The position numbers were made by a program, and so were the translations under genes. From assembly GCF_002945325.1 (NCBI RefSeq), contig NZ_CP026606.1, positions 150,001 through 182,000 of the forward strand: a DNA stretch of 32,000 nucleotides. The letters are read 5' to 3'. Positions 1 to 9,955 of this stretch are shown piece by piece; the first letter of the stretch is position 1, and each line of letters begins with the position of its first letter. The notes under the pieces were generated by a model. It saw only the letters and a program-made list of their open reading frames with translations. It had not been told where the DNA came from and ran no database searches. The stretch comes from Methanococcus maripaludis (lineage in GTDB: Archaea > AGJL01 > Methanococci > Methanococcales > Methanococcaceae).

Positions 1-81
1 TAAGGCGCATTCGGGAGATAAAAATAACGAAATTGCAGATAAGTTGGCAAAAGAATCACTTTTGTAAAAAAATAAAATAAT

Positions 82-1263
82 TTAAATCATTTCAACAAAG
101 GCTTCAAGTCTCGTTTTTATCTGTTCTTTATCACTTTCTGAATAGTCTGTTTCTATTCTAATTATTGGAATTCCTAAATTTTTGAGTTCTTTTTCAATTA
201 ATGCACCTTCAACATTAAATGTGTGGCAGTATTGTAATGTATAATAAACAACACCATCTGCATTTTGTTCCTTTACAAGTTCTTTAATTCTTTCAATTCT
301 GCTATCATTTTTAAATGCAGATGCACAGTTGATTTTAAAGTATCTTTCTGCAAGGTCATCAATTGTGTATCCTTTAACCAAATTATCAAATTTTCTGGTT
401 CCAGTACATGTTTCTTCACCGACTACAAGTCCGCCGACTTCTTCGATAATGTCCACAATTTTGGTATTTCCTGCAACCATCGGGCATCCTGCAACCAGAA
501 TTCTTTTTCCAGCGTATCCTTCACCGTTTTTAACCCGTTCTTCGAGTTCAGATATTACTTCTTTCAAAATTGCGAGTCTATCTTTTATATCGAGTAAAAA
601 TGACCTTTGAAATATTTTTAATGCATCAGTTCCAGTTATTGGCGTTGGGATTTTGGATCTTAATTCATAAAGCTTGTGGGATAATATTCTTTCTTCATTT
701 TCTTCATCAATTGCTTCTTTTAATTTTTCTTCAGTAATCTTGTTTCCAGTAAATTTTTCCACGTAATCTTTGAAGTCGTAAACTTCTTTGAGCCATAATT
801 TATATGACCTTTCATCTTTAAAGTGTGGAAGATGCATAACATACATTTCTGACAGTTTTGCCATGTGTTCAAACATCTTTTTCTTTCCATCGCACGTTGT
901 TTCTCCAACAATAACATCTGAAGCTTCAAAGTAAGGGCAGGCTTTATCTTTTTTAAATCCGTATGAAGATTTAATCAGCGGACAGATACTTCTTGGCAGA
1001 TCTTCTTCTGCTGATGGAATGGTTGACTCTTTTCCACCACAAAGTCCGACAGGAATTGCATCAGCAGCACATATAATTTCAGTAGGCACGAATACACAAA
1101 ATCTACCAAATACTTTTTTTCCTTCGTCTTTTTCTCGATATAATTCCTCTTTTCTTTTTGAAAAAATTTCATCGAGTTTTTTGATACTTTTTAATTCGTC
1201 CAAAGTTTCACCGATTTTATAGTTTAAACTATCTTCTAAGATATTATTTAAATTATTTTTCAT
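82..1263 (-). CDS. 2-hydroxyacyl-CoA dehydratase (HgdB/double-cubane cluster)-family protein
   Basis: Translation contains [65 protein letters not shown] and [41 protein letters not shown], typical of the 2-hydroxyglutaryl-CoA dehydratase D-component/benzoyl-CoA reductase family. The ORF track starts at 1449, but homology-like sequence starts at MKNNLNNIL (ATG at 1263), so I trim the start. Confidence 0.8.
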   Translation of the reverse strand: MKNNLNNILEDSLNYKIGETLDELKSIKKLDEIFSKRKEELYREKDEGKKVFGRFCVFVPTEIICAADAIPVGLCGGKESTIPSAEEDLPRSICPLIKSSYGFKKDKACPYFEASDVIVGETTCDGKKKMFEHMAKLSEMYVMHLPHFKDERSYKLWLKEVYDFKDYVEKFTGNKITEEKLKEAIDEENEERILSHKLYELRSKIPTPITGTDALKIFQRSFLLDIKDRLAILKEVISELEERVKNGEGYAGKRILVAGCPMVAGNTKIVDIIEEVGGLVVGEETCTGTRKFDNLVKGYTIDDLAERYFKINCASAFKNDSRIERIKELVKEQNADGVVYYTLQYCHTFNVEGALIEKELKNLGIPIIRIETDYSESDKEQIKTRLEAFVEMI

Positions 1264-1423
1264 TATTTGTTGTGTTTGATATCCATTAGAATATCTATTA
1301 AATATATAATAACTACTAAAATCTAATACCATTATCAATATATATCGGTAATTAAATAATCCAATGAAGGTCTTAAGTTTTAAGATACCTGAAATTAAAC
1401 AATAACTATTTTTGAGGTCATAC

Positions 1424-2728
1424 ATGTTATCAAAGGACAACATCGGCAAAATGATGAAATACCGGTGGGTAATCTTTGCAGTTCTTGCGTTAGTTTACTT
1501 CTTCGTGTACTTTCACAGGGTATCTCCTGCAGTTATGGCTGGAGATCTTATGACAACGTTTGGAGTAGGGGCAACTTCAATGGGTCTACTCGGATCAGTT
1601 TATTTTTATGCATATGCATTAATGCAGATTCCTTCAGGGATAATGTCTGATAAATTCGGACCTAGAAGGGTCGTTGCTGTTTTTACACTTGTTGCAGCAG
1701 CAGGTGCAATTCTTACAGGTATTGCAACTGATTTTAACATGGTTATATTAGGAAGGCTTTTAATCGGTGTTGGTGTAGCTGCAGTATACATCCCGATAAT
1801 GAAAATGCTTTCAATCTGGTTTAGAAAAAACGAATTTGCTACTCAAAGTGGCGTTATGCTTGCAGTAGGAAACATTGGGGCATTATCCGCAGCAGCACCA
1901 CTTGCTTACCTTAATACATCATTAGGTTGGCAGACTGTATTCATGGGACTTGGTGTAGCATCAGTCGCTCTTGCAATTCTTTCATATATTGTTATTAGGG
2001 ATAAGCCATCAGAAATGGGATTCCCAAATATTGAAGATATTGAAGCTCAGGAAAATGGCGAAACTGTTTCAGCAGAAGCAAAACCTGCAGAAAACATATC
2101 TATTATGGATTCTATTAAAATGGTACTCGGTAAAAAATCATTCTGGCCCTTGGCAATATGGTTTTTCTTTTACTATGGATCATTAATGGCATACCAAGGA
2201 CTTTGGGCAGGCCCATACTTTAAAGATATTTTAGGTTGGGACAAAGCAACATATGCAAGCCTTTTAACGTTTATCGGAATTGGTTTGATCTTAGGATGTC
2301 CTGTTTCAGGATATCTCGCAGATAAAGTTTTAAAATCAAGAAAAAAGACATTAATTATCGGTACAGTAATGTACACATTATTATGGTTTGCAGTCTGGTA
2401 CTTTAACGGAATGGACAATCCATTATTCTATAAAATATTATACTTATTATTCGGATTCTTCGCAGGATTCTTCGTTGTATGCTACGGACAGGTGAAATCA
2501 TTATTTCCTATCTCAATAACAGGAACTTCCACGTCAATCCTCAATTTCTTCCCATTCTTTGGTGGTGCACTGCTCCAGCAAGTTTGCGGGTTGTTAATCG
2601 CAAGCTACGGGCTTAATGCATTAGGGGGATACACAAGTGCAGGATACCAGATGGCATGGTTATTACTTGCTGTTGGAATGGTTATTGCAACAATTTGCGT
2701 TTATTTCTCTGAAGAAAAAGGACTTTAA
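1424..2728 (+). CDS. Major facilitator superfamily transporter
   Basis: About 12 hydrophobic segments; MFS loop motif [13 protein letters not shown] at 1424 has RBS GAGGT just upstream (inside the longer TTG-start ORF from 1412). Confidence 0.85.
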   Translation: MLSKDNIGKMMKYRWVIFAVLALVYFFVYFHRVSPAVMAGDLMTTFGVGATSMGLLGSVYFYAYALMQIPSGIMSDKFGPRRVVAVFTLVAAAGAILTGIATDFNMVILGRLLIGVGVAAVYIPIMKMLSIWFRKNEFATQSGVMLAVGNIGALSAAAPLAYLNTSLGWQTVFMGLGVASVALAILSYIVIRDKPSEMGFPNIEDIEAQENGETVSAEAKPAENISIMDSIKMVLGKKSFWPLAIWFFFYYGSLMAYQGLWAGPYFKDILGWDKATYASLLTFIGIGLILGCPVSGYLADKVLKSRKKTLIIGTVMYTLLWFAVWYFNGMDNPLFYKILYLLFGFFAGFFVVCYGQVKSLFPISITGTSTSILNFFPFFGGALLQQVCGLLIASYGLNALGGYTSAGYQMAWLLLAVGMVIATICVYFSEEKGL

Positions 2729-2795
2729 GTCCATTAAATTTTTTTCTTTTTTCATTTTTTAAAAATTTAAAAATAATTTAAACATGGTGGAATTT

Positions 2796-3659
2796 ATGAA
2801 AAAAACATTTTCATGTGTCAGTGACAAGTTAGAAAACATTCCAAAAGAATTAACTGAATCTAAAAATTTAAAATTTCCAAATGTACACGAAAATCTTATC
2901 GATATGGTGGAATTTTCAAAAATAATGAAAGAATATAGGAAAGACTTATTTTGTAGAGTTCCATTCTGTATGACCGTTGAAGCAGAATCATTGGGTGCTA
3001 AAATTAACATGGGCGATGAAAAATACGGCCCAAGAGCTAAAGAATACGCTTTTAAAAATTTAGATGAATTAGAATCCATAACACCAATTGATCTAACCTC
3101 AGGTAGGATTAAAACAGTTCTTGGTGCTATTCGTGAATTAAAAGAATCTGGTGAAATTCCAATTCTTGCAGTTGAGGGGCCATTTACTATATTTTCATCT
3201 TTGATAGATTCGACAGCATTTTATAAAGAACTTAGAAAAAATCCGGACCAAGCAAACGAATTTTTGAATTTTTTAGAGGATGAAATCGTAAAGTATATTC
3301 TTTCAGGAATTGAAAACGGGGCTAAAATTATTTCTTTTGGAGATCCTGCAGGAAGTATCGACATAGTGGGTCCAAAAGTATTTAGGGAATACAGCGGAAA
3401 AATTGCCAAAAATATTATAGAAAAAGTTAGATTAAAAGAAAAAAACTGTATTATTCATCTTTGTGGATTAACATCTGTTGCACTTGAAAATGAAGGAATG
3501 TGCAAATTTAATCCATTAAATTGCGATTCTGAAACATATGGGAAAGCAATTTATGAACTAATTCATGAAAATACAAAAACAAAAATTATTGGTCACAACT
3601 GTATAAAAAAATCAATCTATAAAATTCCAAAAAATACTGTCTGGGAAATAAAAGAATAA
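2796..3659 (+). CDS. Short uroporphyrinogen decarboxylase-fold (MtaA/MtbA-like) methyltransferase paralog
   Basis: Closely resembles the 6404..7432 product (VPFCMTVEAESLGAKINMG; EGPFTIFSSLIDSTAFYKELRKNP; GDPAGSIDIVGPKVFREY; IIHLCG...GHNC). The HxC...C zinc-type motif is retained. RBS GGTGG precedes ATG 2796, which I prefer to GTG/ATG 2784. Confidence 0.8.
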   Translation: MKKTFSCVSDKLENIPKELTESKNLKFPNVHENLIDMVEFSKIMKEYRKDLFCRVPFCMTVEAESLGAKINMGDEKYGPRAKEYAFKNLDELESITPIDLTSGRIKTVLGAIRELKESGEIPILAVEGPFTIFSSLIDSTAFYKELRKNPDQANEFLNFLEDEIVKYILSGIENGAKIISFGDPAGSIDIVGPKVFREYSGKIAKNIIEKVRLKEKNCIIHLCGLTSVALENEGMCKFNPLNCDSETYGKAIYELIHENTKTKIIGHNCIKKSIYKIPKNTVWEIKE

Positions 3660-3664
3660 TTATT

Positions 3665-4573
3665 TTATAAATTATTAAATAATTCACTTATTGCTTCTTT
3701 TTCAAGCTCTTTTCCAATTATGCAAATTTTTTGGTCTTTTTTTGTGTTTAAAAGCTCCAACTTGCAATCATTTCCAACATAATTAAACTCCATTGTTTTA
3801 TCATCGATGTTTAAAAAACCCTTTCCACGCATTATCTGTCCATATTTACCACTTTTAAGTTCTAAAATTATATTTTCAATATCTTTTTCTTTAAAAGAAT
3901 CAGTAAATTCAAGTCCAATACTTGATACGCCTTTCATTGCAGCTTCAACGTTTCCACGATATATTTTACCAGAATTTTCAGAACTGTTGTCAAGAATTTT
4001 CAAAAATTCTTCTGGAGCCATAAATTCCCAGTTTTGAGTTACAATTAATGAATTAGGATTTAAATCCCTTAATGATAAAATAATTTTATCAATTTCTTGG
4101 TAATTCATAAACTGAGCTTTACTGATAATTAGTCTGTCTGCATTTTTTATTTGATCTTTAAAAAATTCGCCAAATCCTTCAACTTCTTCGAGATAATTTT
4201 CAGCATCAACTACGGTTGTGAGCGAGTTTATTTCAGAAATTTGTTTGATTTTTGGAAGACTCAATATCCCGATTATCTCACTTAAGAGCCCCATTCCTGT
4301 TGGTTCAACAATAATCCTGTCAGGTTCAAATTCATCTACGATTTTGCTTAACGCTTCGATAAAGTTGGACCTGATGCTACAGCAAATGCATCCTTGTTGA
4401 AGTTCGTATACTTCAAATCCTTCATTTTTGATAAGATCTCCGTCAATTGCAATTTCGCCAAATTCATTTTCAATAACAATTACTTTTTCGTTCCCACAGG
4501 CGTTTAAAAGATGTTTTATAAATGTCGTCTTTCCAGAACCCAAGTAGCCTGATACAACGTCGATTTTAACCAC
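3665..4573 (-). CDS. G3E-family (CobW/P47K/COG0523) GTPase
   Basis: Walker A GYLGSGKTTFIKHLL, CxCC motif QQGCICCSI, EPTGMG motif, and C-terminal CobW_C-like region. Confidence 0.88.
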   Translation of the reverse strand: MVKIDVVSGYLGSGKTTFIKHLLNACGNEKVIVIENEFGEIAIDGDLIKNEGFEVYELQQGCICCSIRSNFIEALSKIVDEFEPDRIIVEPTGMGLLSEIIGILSLPKIKQISEINSLTTVVDAENYLEEVEGFGEFFKDQIKNADRLIISKAQFMNYQEIDKIILSLRDLNPNSLIVTQNWEFMAPEEFLKILDNSSENSGKIYRGNVEAAMKGVSSIGLEFTDSFKEKDIENIILELKSGKYGQIMRGKGFLNIDDKTMEFNYVGNDCKLELLNTKKDQKICIIGKELEKEAISELFNNL

Positions 4574-4624
4574 AATATCACCAAATATAATAAATTTTAA
4601 TATTATTATTTCAAATACTAATTT

Positions 4625-6403
4625 TTAAAAATTTAAAGAATCAATGAACAATTTTTCATAGTTTTCTTTTGTCGAAAGTTCATAATATGTTATATCTTTA
4701 GAGACTGACTCCATTTCCGCTCGTGATTCTTTTGAAAGCAGACAAATTAAAGCACCGGTTTTAGAGGAATTTCCAATATATCTTATTTTTTTGCCAAGTT
4801 TTTCAGGTATGATTCCACTTCCAACGAGGCTTTCAACAGTTAAGTGTTTTCCAAACTGCCCTGCAATTATTACTTCATCAATTTCTTCCATTGTTAAATT
4901 ATTTTCATCCAAAAGTGCTAAAAATCCCGAAACTATAGCTGCTTTTGCCAGTTGAACCTGCCTTATGTCTTTTTGTGAAACTAATATTTCGGGATTTTTT
5001 GAGATCTGAACAAACTTTTTTGAATTTTTTTCTATTATCAAATTTTTATATTCATTATCTGAACCGTTTGAATTAATTAACCTGCCAGTTTTACCCACAA
5101 GGCCTGTTCTAACAATTTCAGATATTGAATCAAGTATTCCACTACCGCAAATTCCAACAGGATTCACATTTCCAATGACTTTTAATTCGATATTGTTTTC
5201 ATTGAATTTAACACATTCAATTGCGCCGTCTGCCGCCCTCATTCCGTAGCTTATATTCATTCCTTCAAGCGCAGGGCCTGCAGCACAGGAACATGATGAA
5301 AGAATACCTGCTTTTGAAAGCATTATTTCCCCATTTGTACCAATATCAATAAAGAGAACATTTTTTTCAGTTTTCAAAAGTTCAGAAACTATAACTCCTG
5401 CAACAATATCTGCTCCAATATACCCTGAAACTCCAGGTAAACAGTAAATTCTACCAAACGGAGAAATATTTATTCCAATATCGTTTGATAAGATGTTTTT
5501 CCCAGACAAAAATACTGGTAAATATGGAGATTTCCCAATCGATTCTGCGCTGATGTTCAATAAAAAGTGCATCATTGTAGTGTTTGCTGCAATTGAAACT
5601 TCGTAGATGTTTTCAACAGCAATTTTGTTCTGCGTTGCTAAATCAAAGATAAGTTTGTTTATTCCGGTAATTATTGCTTTATTTAATAATTCAAGCCCGT
5701 TTTCATTTTTATTTGCAAAATCGATTCGTGAAAGCACGTCTGAACCGTATTCTTTTTGAGGATTTATCATGGTTTCAGATGCAATTTCTTCCCCCTCTAA
5801 AATATCAATTAAAGATGCTACAACGGTAGTAGTTCCAATATCGATTGCAATTCCATATATTTTTTCATTGATTTTGGGTTCAATTCCAATTAATTTATCA
5901 TTTAAAAAAATTGAAGTAAGATTTCCTGTTTTAAACGATTTCTGCAAAGCTTTTAAACATTCAATATCAGATATTTCATCCACATTTAATTTAGTTTTAA
6001 CAATTTCTTCGTAATTATTTTTGTTTGATTCACATTCTGATAGATTGATGATTTTTTTTGTGATAGGCGGATTAATTTTTAAGTTTGGCATGTATCCGTC
6101 AGTTAAAATCTTGTGATTTTCATCCGTATTTAATAATTCAATTTTCACATTTCCAAACGCCTTTGTAAGGCAACTTAGGCGAACTCCCTGATCAATTTCA
6201 TCTTTTGAAAGATATTCAAGCTCTTCAGAAGATAGTGGACTGATTTCTCCACCAACAACTTTTACCTTACATTTTCCGCAGGTTCCAACTCCACCGCAAG
6301 GAACTTCTATTTTAATTCCATTTTTTTGAAGAATTTTAAAAATAAATTCCCCTTCTTTAAACTCAAATTTATTGTTATCATTAGTTATTTCTAGTATTGC
6401 CAT
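4625..6403 (-). CDS. RamA-like corrinoid activation protein: N-terminal [2Fe-2S] ferredoxin domain plus ASKHA ATP-binding domain
   Basis: N-terminus VPCGGVGTCGKCKVKVVGG...VRLSCLT (plant-type 2Fe-2S motif); then YGIAIDIGTTTVVASLIDI, LFIDIGTNGEIML, SCSCAAGPALEGMNISYGMRAADGAI, GICGSGILD, IIAGQFG. This matches the COG3894 layout. Confidence 0.88.
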   Translation of the reverse strand: MAILEITNDNNKFEFKEGEFIFKILQKNGIKIEVPCGGVGTCGKCKVKVVGGEISPLSSEELEYLSKDEIDQGVRLSCLTKAFGNVKIELLNTDENHKILTDGYMPNLKINPPITKKIINLSECESNKNNYEEIVKTKLNVDEISDIECLKALQKSFKTGNLTSIFLNDKLIGIEPKINEKIYGIAIDIGTTTVVASLIDILEGEEIASETMINPQKEYGSDVLSRIDFANKNENGLELLNKAIITGINKLIFDLATQNKIAVENIYEVSIAANTTMMHFLLNISAESIGKSPYLPVFLSGKNILSNDIGINISPFGRIYCLPGVSGYIGADIVAGVIVSELLKTEKNVLFIDIGTNGEIMLSKAGILSSCSCAAGPALEGMNISYGMRAADGAIECVKFNENNIELKVIGNVNPVGICGSGILDSISEIVRTGLVGKTGRLINSNGSDNEYKNLIIEKNSKKFVQISKNPEILVSQKDIRQVQLAKAAIVSGFLALLDENNLTMEEIDEVIIAGQFGKHLTVESLVGSGIIPEKLGKKIRYIGNSSKTGALICLLSKESRAEMESVSKDITYYELSTKENYEKLFIDSLNF

Positions 6404-7432
6404 TTATTCTCCTCTTTTGGAGTTTTTACATGCCTGAACCATTGCTTGAATATTTTCTAACTTTGTTCTAACCCCAATTCCGCATGCAGGAGACAAAATA
6501 TCGACCCCAAATTTAATACATGCTCGACTCATTTTATCAATAGAATCAGGAGTTCCATTTTCAAGCGCAAATGTGCTGACGTTTCCCATGATTGCTTTTC
6601 CAGACACGTTTTCAACTACCTGTCCAACATCAGTAATTGAATCAAAGCTTATTGCGTCACTTTTTAATGAATTTATTTCTTCATAAACACTTTTCAATCT
6701 ACCGCAAATATGGATTATTGTTCCAGTTTCAGCCAAATCACTTGTTTCTTCAATTATTTTATTAATATAAGGAACTGCAAATTCTTTAAACATTTTTGGG
6801 CCCAATATCTCGCCAGTACCGCTTGGATCAGATATTGCCAAAACGTCTGCTCCTGCTTTTAGCTGTGCTTTTCCAAATTCGATTAAGTTTTCAGTTACAA
6901 AATCCATGAATTCTTTTGCAGCGTCGGGTTTTCTTCTAAGTTCTTTATAGTACGTTACAGGTTCCATTAAAGACGATGCAGTACTAACTGGACCTGTGAG
7001 ATTTGCAATAATGGGAACTTCTGAGTTTTTTTCGTTTAAAAGTTCTATTGATTCAAGAACGGTTTTTCCACGTCCCTCATCAATATTGATATGATTTAAT
7101 TTTTCATATTCAGTAACAGAATCTATTGGATAGTTTGTAACTCTTGGTTCAGTAATATCTGTACCCATTTTAACTCCTGCACCAAAAGCTTCGGCTTCTA
7201 CAGTCATGCAGAATGGAACACCATAGTTTTCAAACCCGCCATTTTCATACATTCCAATTGTAAGTTCAGCCATTTTTTCAGCATCGGTGTGTGCTTCTGG
7301 CCAATATATTCCAGTAATGTCCATGATATCTTTTGTAATCATATTCATCATGCCGCCCGGACATATGCACGGGATTCTATCAACTTCTTCTCCTTTGAGG
7401 GTTTTTGAGAGTCTTTCTTTTGGTGTTATCAT
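6404..7432 (-). CDS. Methylcobamide:CoM methyltransferase-like protein (MtaA/MtbA, URO-D fold)
   Basis: TPKERLSKTLKGEEVDRIPCICPGG, GPVSTASSLMEP, SDPSGTGEILGPKMF, IIHICG...SPACGIG (HxC...C zinc motif). The stop directly abuts the start of the 4625..6403 gene, which implies co-transcription. Confidence 0.85.
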   Translation of the reverse strand: MITPKERLSKTLKGEEVDRIPCICPGGMMNMITKDIMDITGIYWPEAHTDAEKMAELTIGMYENGGFENYGVPFCMTVEAEAFGAGVKMGTDITEPRVTNYPIDSVTEYEKLNHINIDEGRGKTVLESIELLNEKNSEVPIIANLTGPVSTASSLMEPVTYYKELRRKPDAAKEFMDFVTENLIEFGKAQLKAGADVLAISDPSGTGEILGPKMFKEFAVPYINKIIEETSDLAETGTIIHICGRLKSVYEEINSLKSDAISFDSITDVGQVVENVSGKAIMGNVSTFALENGTPDSIDKMSRACIKFGVDILSPACGIGVRTKLENIQAMVQACKNSKRGE

Positions 7433-7553
7433 TAAATCACTCTTTTTATTTAAATTTTCAAATATAATGCGCCATTAAACTAAATTCTAAAAAAATCAAA
7501 CTAAAAATTTAAAAATTATAAAATCTGGGTGAATAACTTGATAATTTAGGTAC

Positions 7554-8645
7554 TTAGTCTTTGTATTTATCAAAACTAAGTAAATAGTCTAATTTTTCTT
7601 CAGTAACCGGCCATCCCATTTCCCTTGCAGTATCCATCATTGCATCAATGTTTTCAATAGGTACTTCTACTGGAAGGCTGCATCCTGACATGATCATGAA
7701 TCCTTTTTTAGCTTTCAATCCCTGTTTTGCACATTTAATTGTAGCTTTTCTAACGTCTTCTCTTGATCCTGCATACATAATTGCTGAAGGGTCAACATTT
7801 CCTGCAATAACCATTTTATCTCCAACGGTTTCTGCACATTTTTCCATATCTGCAACGTTATCAATGCTTAAAACATCTACGCCCATTTCTACAAGATCAT
7901 CCCAAATTGGATCCGTTATTCCACAAATGTGTATAACCAATTTTCCAGTTCTTGCTTTTATGTGGTCGATAAGTCTTTTTAAGTACGGTGCTGAAAATTC
8001 CCTAAAGTGTTTTGGACTTACAACAGTACATGATGAAAGAGGTTCTGAAATAGTAACTCCAACGCCTTTTTCCAAAACTGCATCGGTTAGTGCAATGCAA
8101 CTTTGTAGTGAAATTTCACAGAGTTTATGAACTGATTCAGGATCTTTTAAAAGCATTTTTGTCATTTTTTCTACGCCAATTAAAAAGAAAGCGTTTGTAA
8201 ATGGGCCTACAACTGAAGCAGTAACTCCAACTTCGCTTGCAATTTCATCCCTTACGATTTCAATTGCCCTTAAATGAACTGGAATTCTACCTTGTGTGTA
8301 TGGATCAATTACTTTTAATTTATCAAATTCTGACATGTCATTTATTGCAGGTTCTTCTAAATCTGCGGTATTATCTTCTGGTTTTCTAACTTTTGCGCCC
8401 ATTGCTTCTGAAACTAAAAATAAATCTGTGAAGATTCTTGCACCATCTGCCCCAAATCTTCTGTATGTTTTAATAATTGCATTAGCAAGCGCTTCTGGGT
8501 CGTCATTAAACTGTGAAATTTTGTAGCCTGCAATTCTTGCCATCCCATTTCCAATGTTTGGGTTGCATGCAACCCGGTCAGCGGGTTCGCCCTTAGCTTT
8601 AGCAGCAGCTCTTTGAGCAGGTGTCATTTTGTCGGGGTAATCCAT
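7554..8645 (-). CDS. URO-D-fold corrinoid methyltransferase (candidate substrate methyltransferase, Sdm/MtsA-like)
   Basis: TPAQRAAAKAKGEPADRVACNPN, GPFTNAFFLIGVEKM, SEPLSSCTVVSPKHFREF, VIHICGITDP...MSGCSLPVEVP (HxC...C). It lies 24 bp downstream of the corrinoid-protein gene. Confidence 0.8.
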   Translation of the reverse strand: MDYPDKMTPAQRAAAKAKGEPADRVACNPNIGNGMARIAGYKISQFNDDPEALANAIIKTYRRFGADGARIFTDLFLVSEAMGAKVRKPEDNTADLEEPAINDMSEFDKLKVIDPYTQGRIPVHLRAIEIVRDEIASEVGVTASVVGPFTNAFFLIGVEKMTKMLLKDPESVHKLCEISLQSCIALTDAVLEKGVGVTISEPLSSCTVVSPKHFREFSAPYLKRLIDHIKARTGKLVIHICGITDPIWDDLVEMGVDVLSIDNVADMEKCAETVGDKMVIAGNVDPSAIMYAGSREDVRKATIKCAKQGLKAKKGFMIMSGCSLPVEVPIENIDAMMDTAREMGWPVTEEKLDYLLSFDKYKD

Positions 8646-8669
8646 AATAATCTCTCCATACTGTTTAAA

Positions 8670-9329
8670 TTAACCTTTTAATTTTGTAACCAATTCTTTT
8701 GCAATTCTTGCAGATTTTGAAGCTTCTGGTGCATAGCCATCTGCACCAATTTTATCAGCAAAGCTTTGTGAGATTGGGCCGCCTCCAACCATCACCATTG
8801 TAGTTTCTTTCATTCCTTCTTCTTTTAACATGCCAATAACAACTTTCATATTGTCCATTGTAGTCGTCATCAGCGTTGAAAGACCAATGACATCTGCGCT
8901 TACTTCTTTAGCTTTTTTTATGAATTCTACAGGTGGAACATCCCTACCAAGATCATAAACTTCAAAGCCTTGTGTTTCGAGCATGATTTTAAATAAGTTT
9001 TTCCCAATATCATGGGTATCCCCTTCAACAACGCCAACAACTGCTTTAAATTTATTATCTGAATCTTCATACTTTAAATGAGGTTTTAAAATATCCAAGC
9101 CCACATACATTGCATCAGAACAGACTAATAATTCAGGAATAAAATATTCTCCTTCTTCGTAAAGTACCCCTGCCCTGTTCATTCCTTCTGCTAGCCCTTT
9201 TGTGATCCCATCAAAAGCATCAAATCCATTTTCGAGATATTTTTTAGATAATTCTTCTGTTTTTTCTTCATCCATATCAACAACGGAATCAGAAAGCTCT
9301 TGTAGTAGCTGTTCTTTCAATTCACTCAT
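8670..9329 (-). CDS. sdmA: Methyltransferase cognate corrinoid protein (MtaC/MtbC/SdmA-like)
   Basis: Cobalamin-binding motif GVVEGDTHDIGKNL (DxHxxG), followed by GLSTLMTTTMDNM and VMVGGGPIS, with an N-terminal four-helix cap. The sdmA symbol is assigned from recalled M. voltae literature plus genomic context. Confidence 0.8.
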   Translation of the reverse strand: MSELKEQLLQELSDSVVDMDEEKTEELSKKYLENGFDAFDGITKGLAEGMNRAGVLYEEGEYFIPELLVCSDAMYVGLDILKPHLKYEDSDNKFKAVVGVVEGDTHDIGKNLFKIMLETQGFEVYDLGRDVPPVEFIKKAKEVSADVIGLSTLMTTTMDNMKVVIGMLKEEGMKETTMVMVGGGPISQSFADKIGADGYAPEASKSARIAKELVTKLKG

Positions 9330-9596
9330 TTTTGACCTCTAAAATTTAAATTTAAAAAAGGGTAATTAATCAATAAAACTACGTAAATAATATCTTTTAT
9401 AGTTTTCATGAAGAAACCTAATAATTAATAATTACATTAAAAAAACTAATATCTAATAATATTATGGTACGATATACATTAGAAAAATATATAAAAAAAT
9501 TACCCGAATTAAACCTTAAAAACTGTTAGCGAGTGCATAGTAATATATTATATCAAAATATATCCGTTTCTAATGTATTGTAATTAAGGTGTTATT

Positions 9597-9941
9597 TTGA
9601 GTAGTAAATTTGAAGAGCTTTTTAAAAAATTTGAAAAACCAGGATATATGGACTTTGAAAAAACAGTTGTTGAATTAAGTTGCGAAAACTTCTGTGAAGG
9701 AAATAAATCAAAAAGTTCAAAATATTTTATAATAGATAAATATTCTGGCGAAAAATATCCTTTAAAATGTTTCTGGATCGTTGCTTTTGGAATTGCAAAT
9801 CAATTAGATTTTGAAGAAATTTACAAAACGATTGGAAAATCGATTTCTGGCCCAATTTTGATAAATGAATTTGAATTTTTTGGAATAATGCTTGAAAAAT
9901 CTAAAAAAGAAGATATTAGATTTAAGATAATAATCGAATAA
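9597..9941 (+). CDS. Hypothetical protein (114 aa)
   Basis: Open frame with TTG start preceded by RBS-like AAGGTG at about 9587-9592. No family recognised. Confidence 0.5.
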   Translation: MSSKFEELFKKFEKPGYMDFEKTVVELSCENFCEGNKSKSSKYFIIDKYSGEKYPLKCFWIVAFGIANQLDFEEIYKTIGKSISGPILINEFEFFGIMLEKSKKEDIRFKIIIE

Positions 9942-9955
9942 AATAAAAAAGAAAA

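Noticed and set aside
1-66. Possible C-terminal coding tail (for example ...NNEIADKLAKESLL*) at the window start
   Set aside because: An in-frame TAA lies at 19-21 and the fragment is too short. A frameshifted or ordinary gene end cannot be distinguished without upstream sequence.
265-1222. ORF-track ORFs antisense or overlapping the HgdB-like gene (265..597, 329..610, 720..929, 975..1172, 1019..1222)
   Set aside because: Low-complexity translations with no motifs, fully covered by a well-supported gene on the minus strand.
9330-9596. A third copy of the TGTAGGTA leader element upstream of the corrinoid-protein gene (AATGTAATTATTAATTATTAGG on the minus strand)
   Set aside because: Only about 12 of 20 positions match and the TAGGTA core is missing, which is what AT-rich background would give. 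A genome-wide motif scan is needed before claiming shared control.
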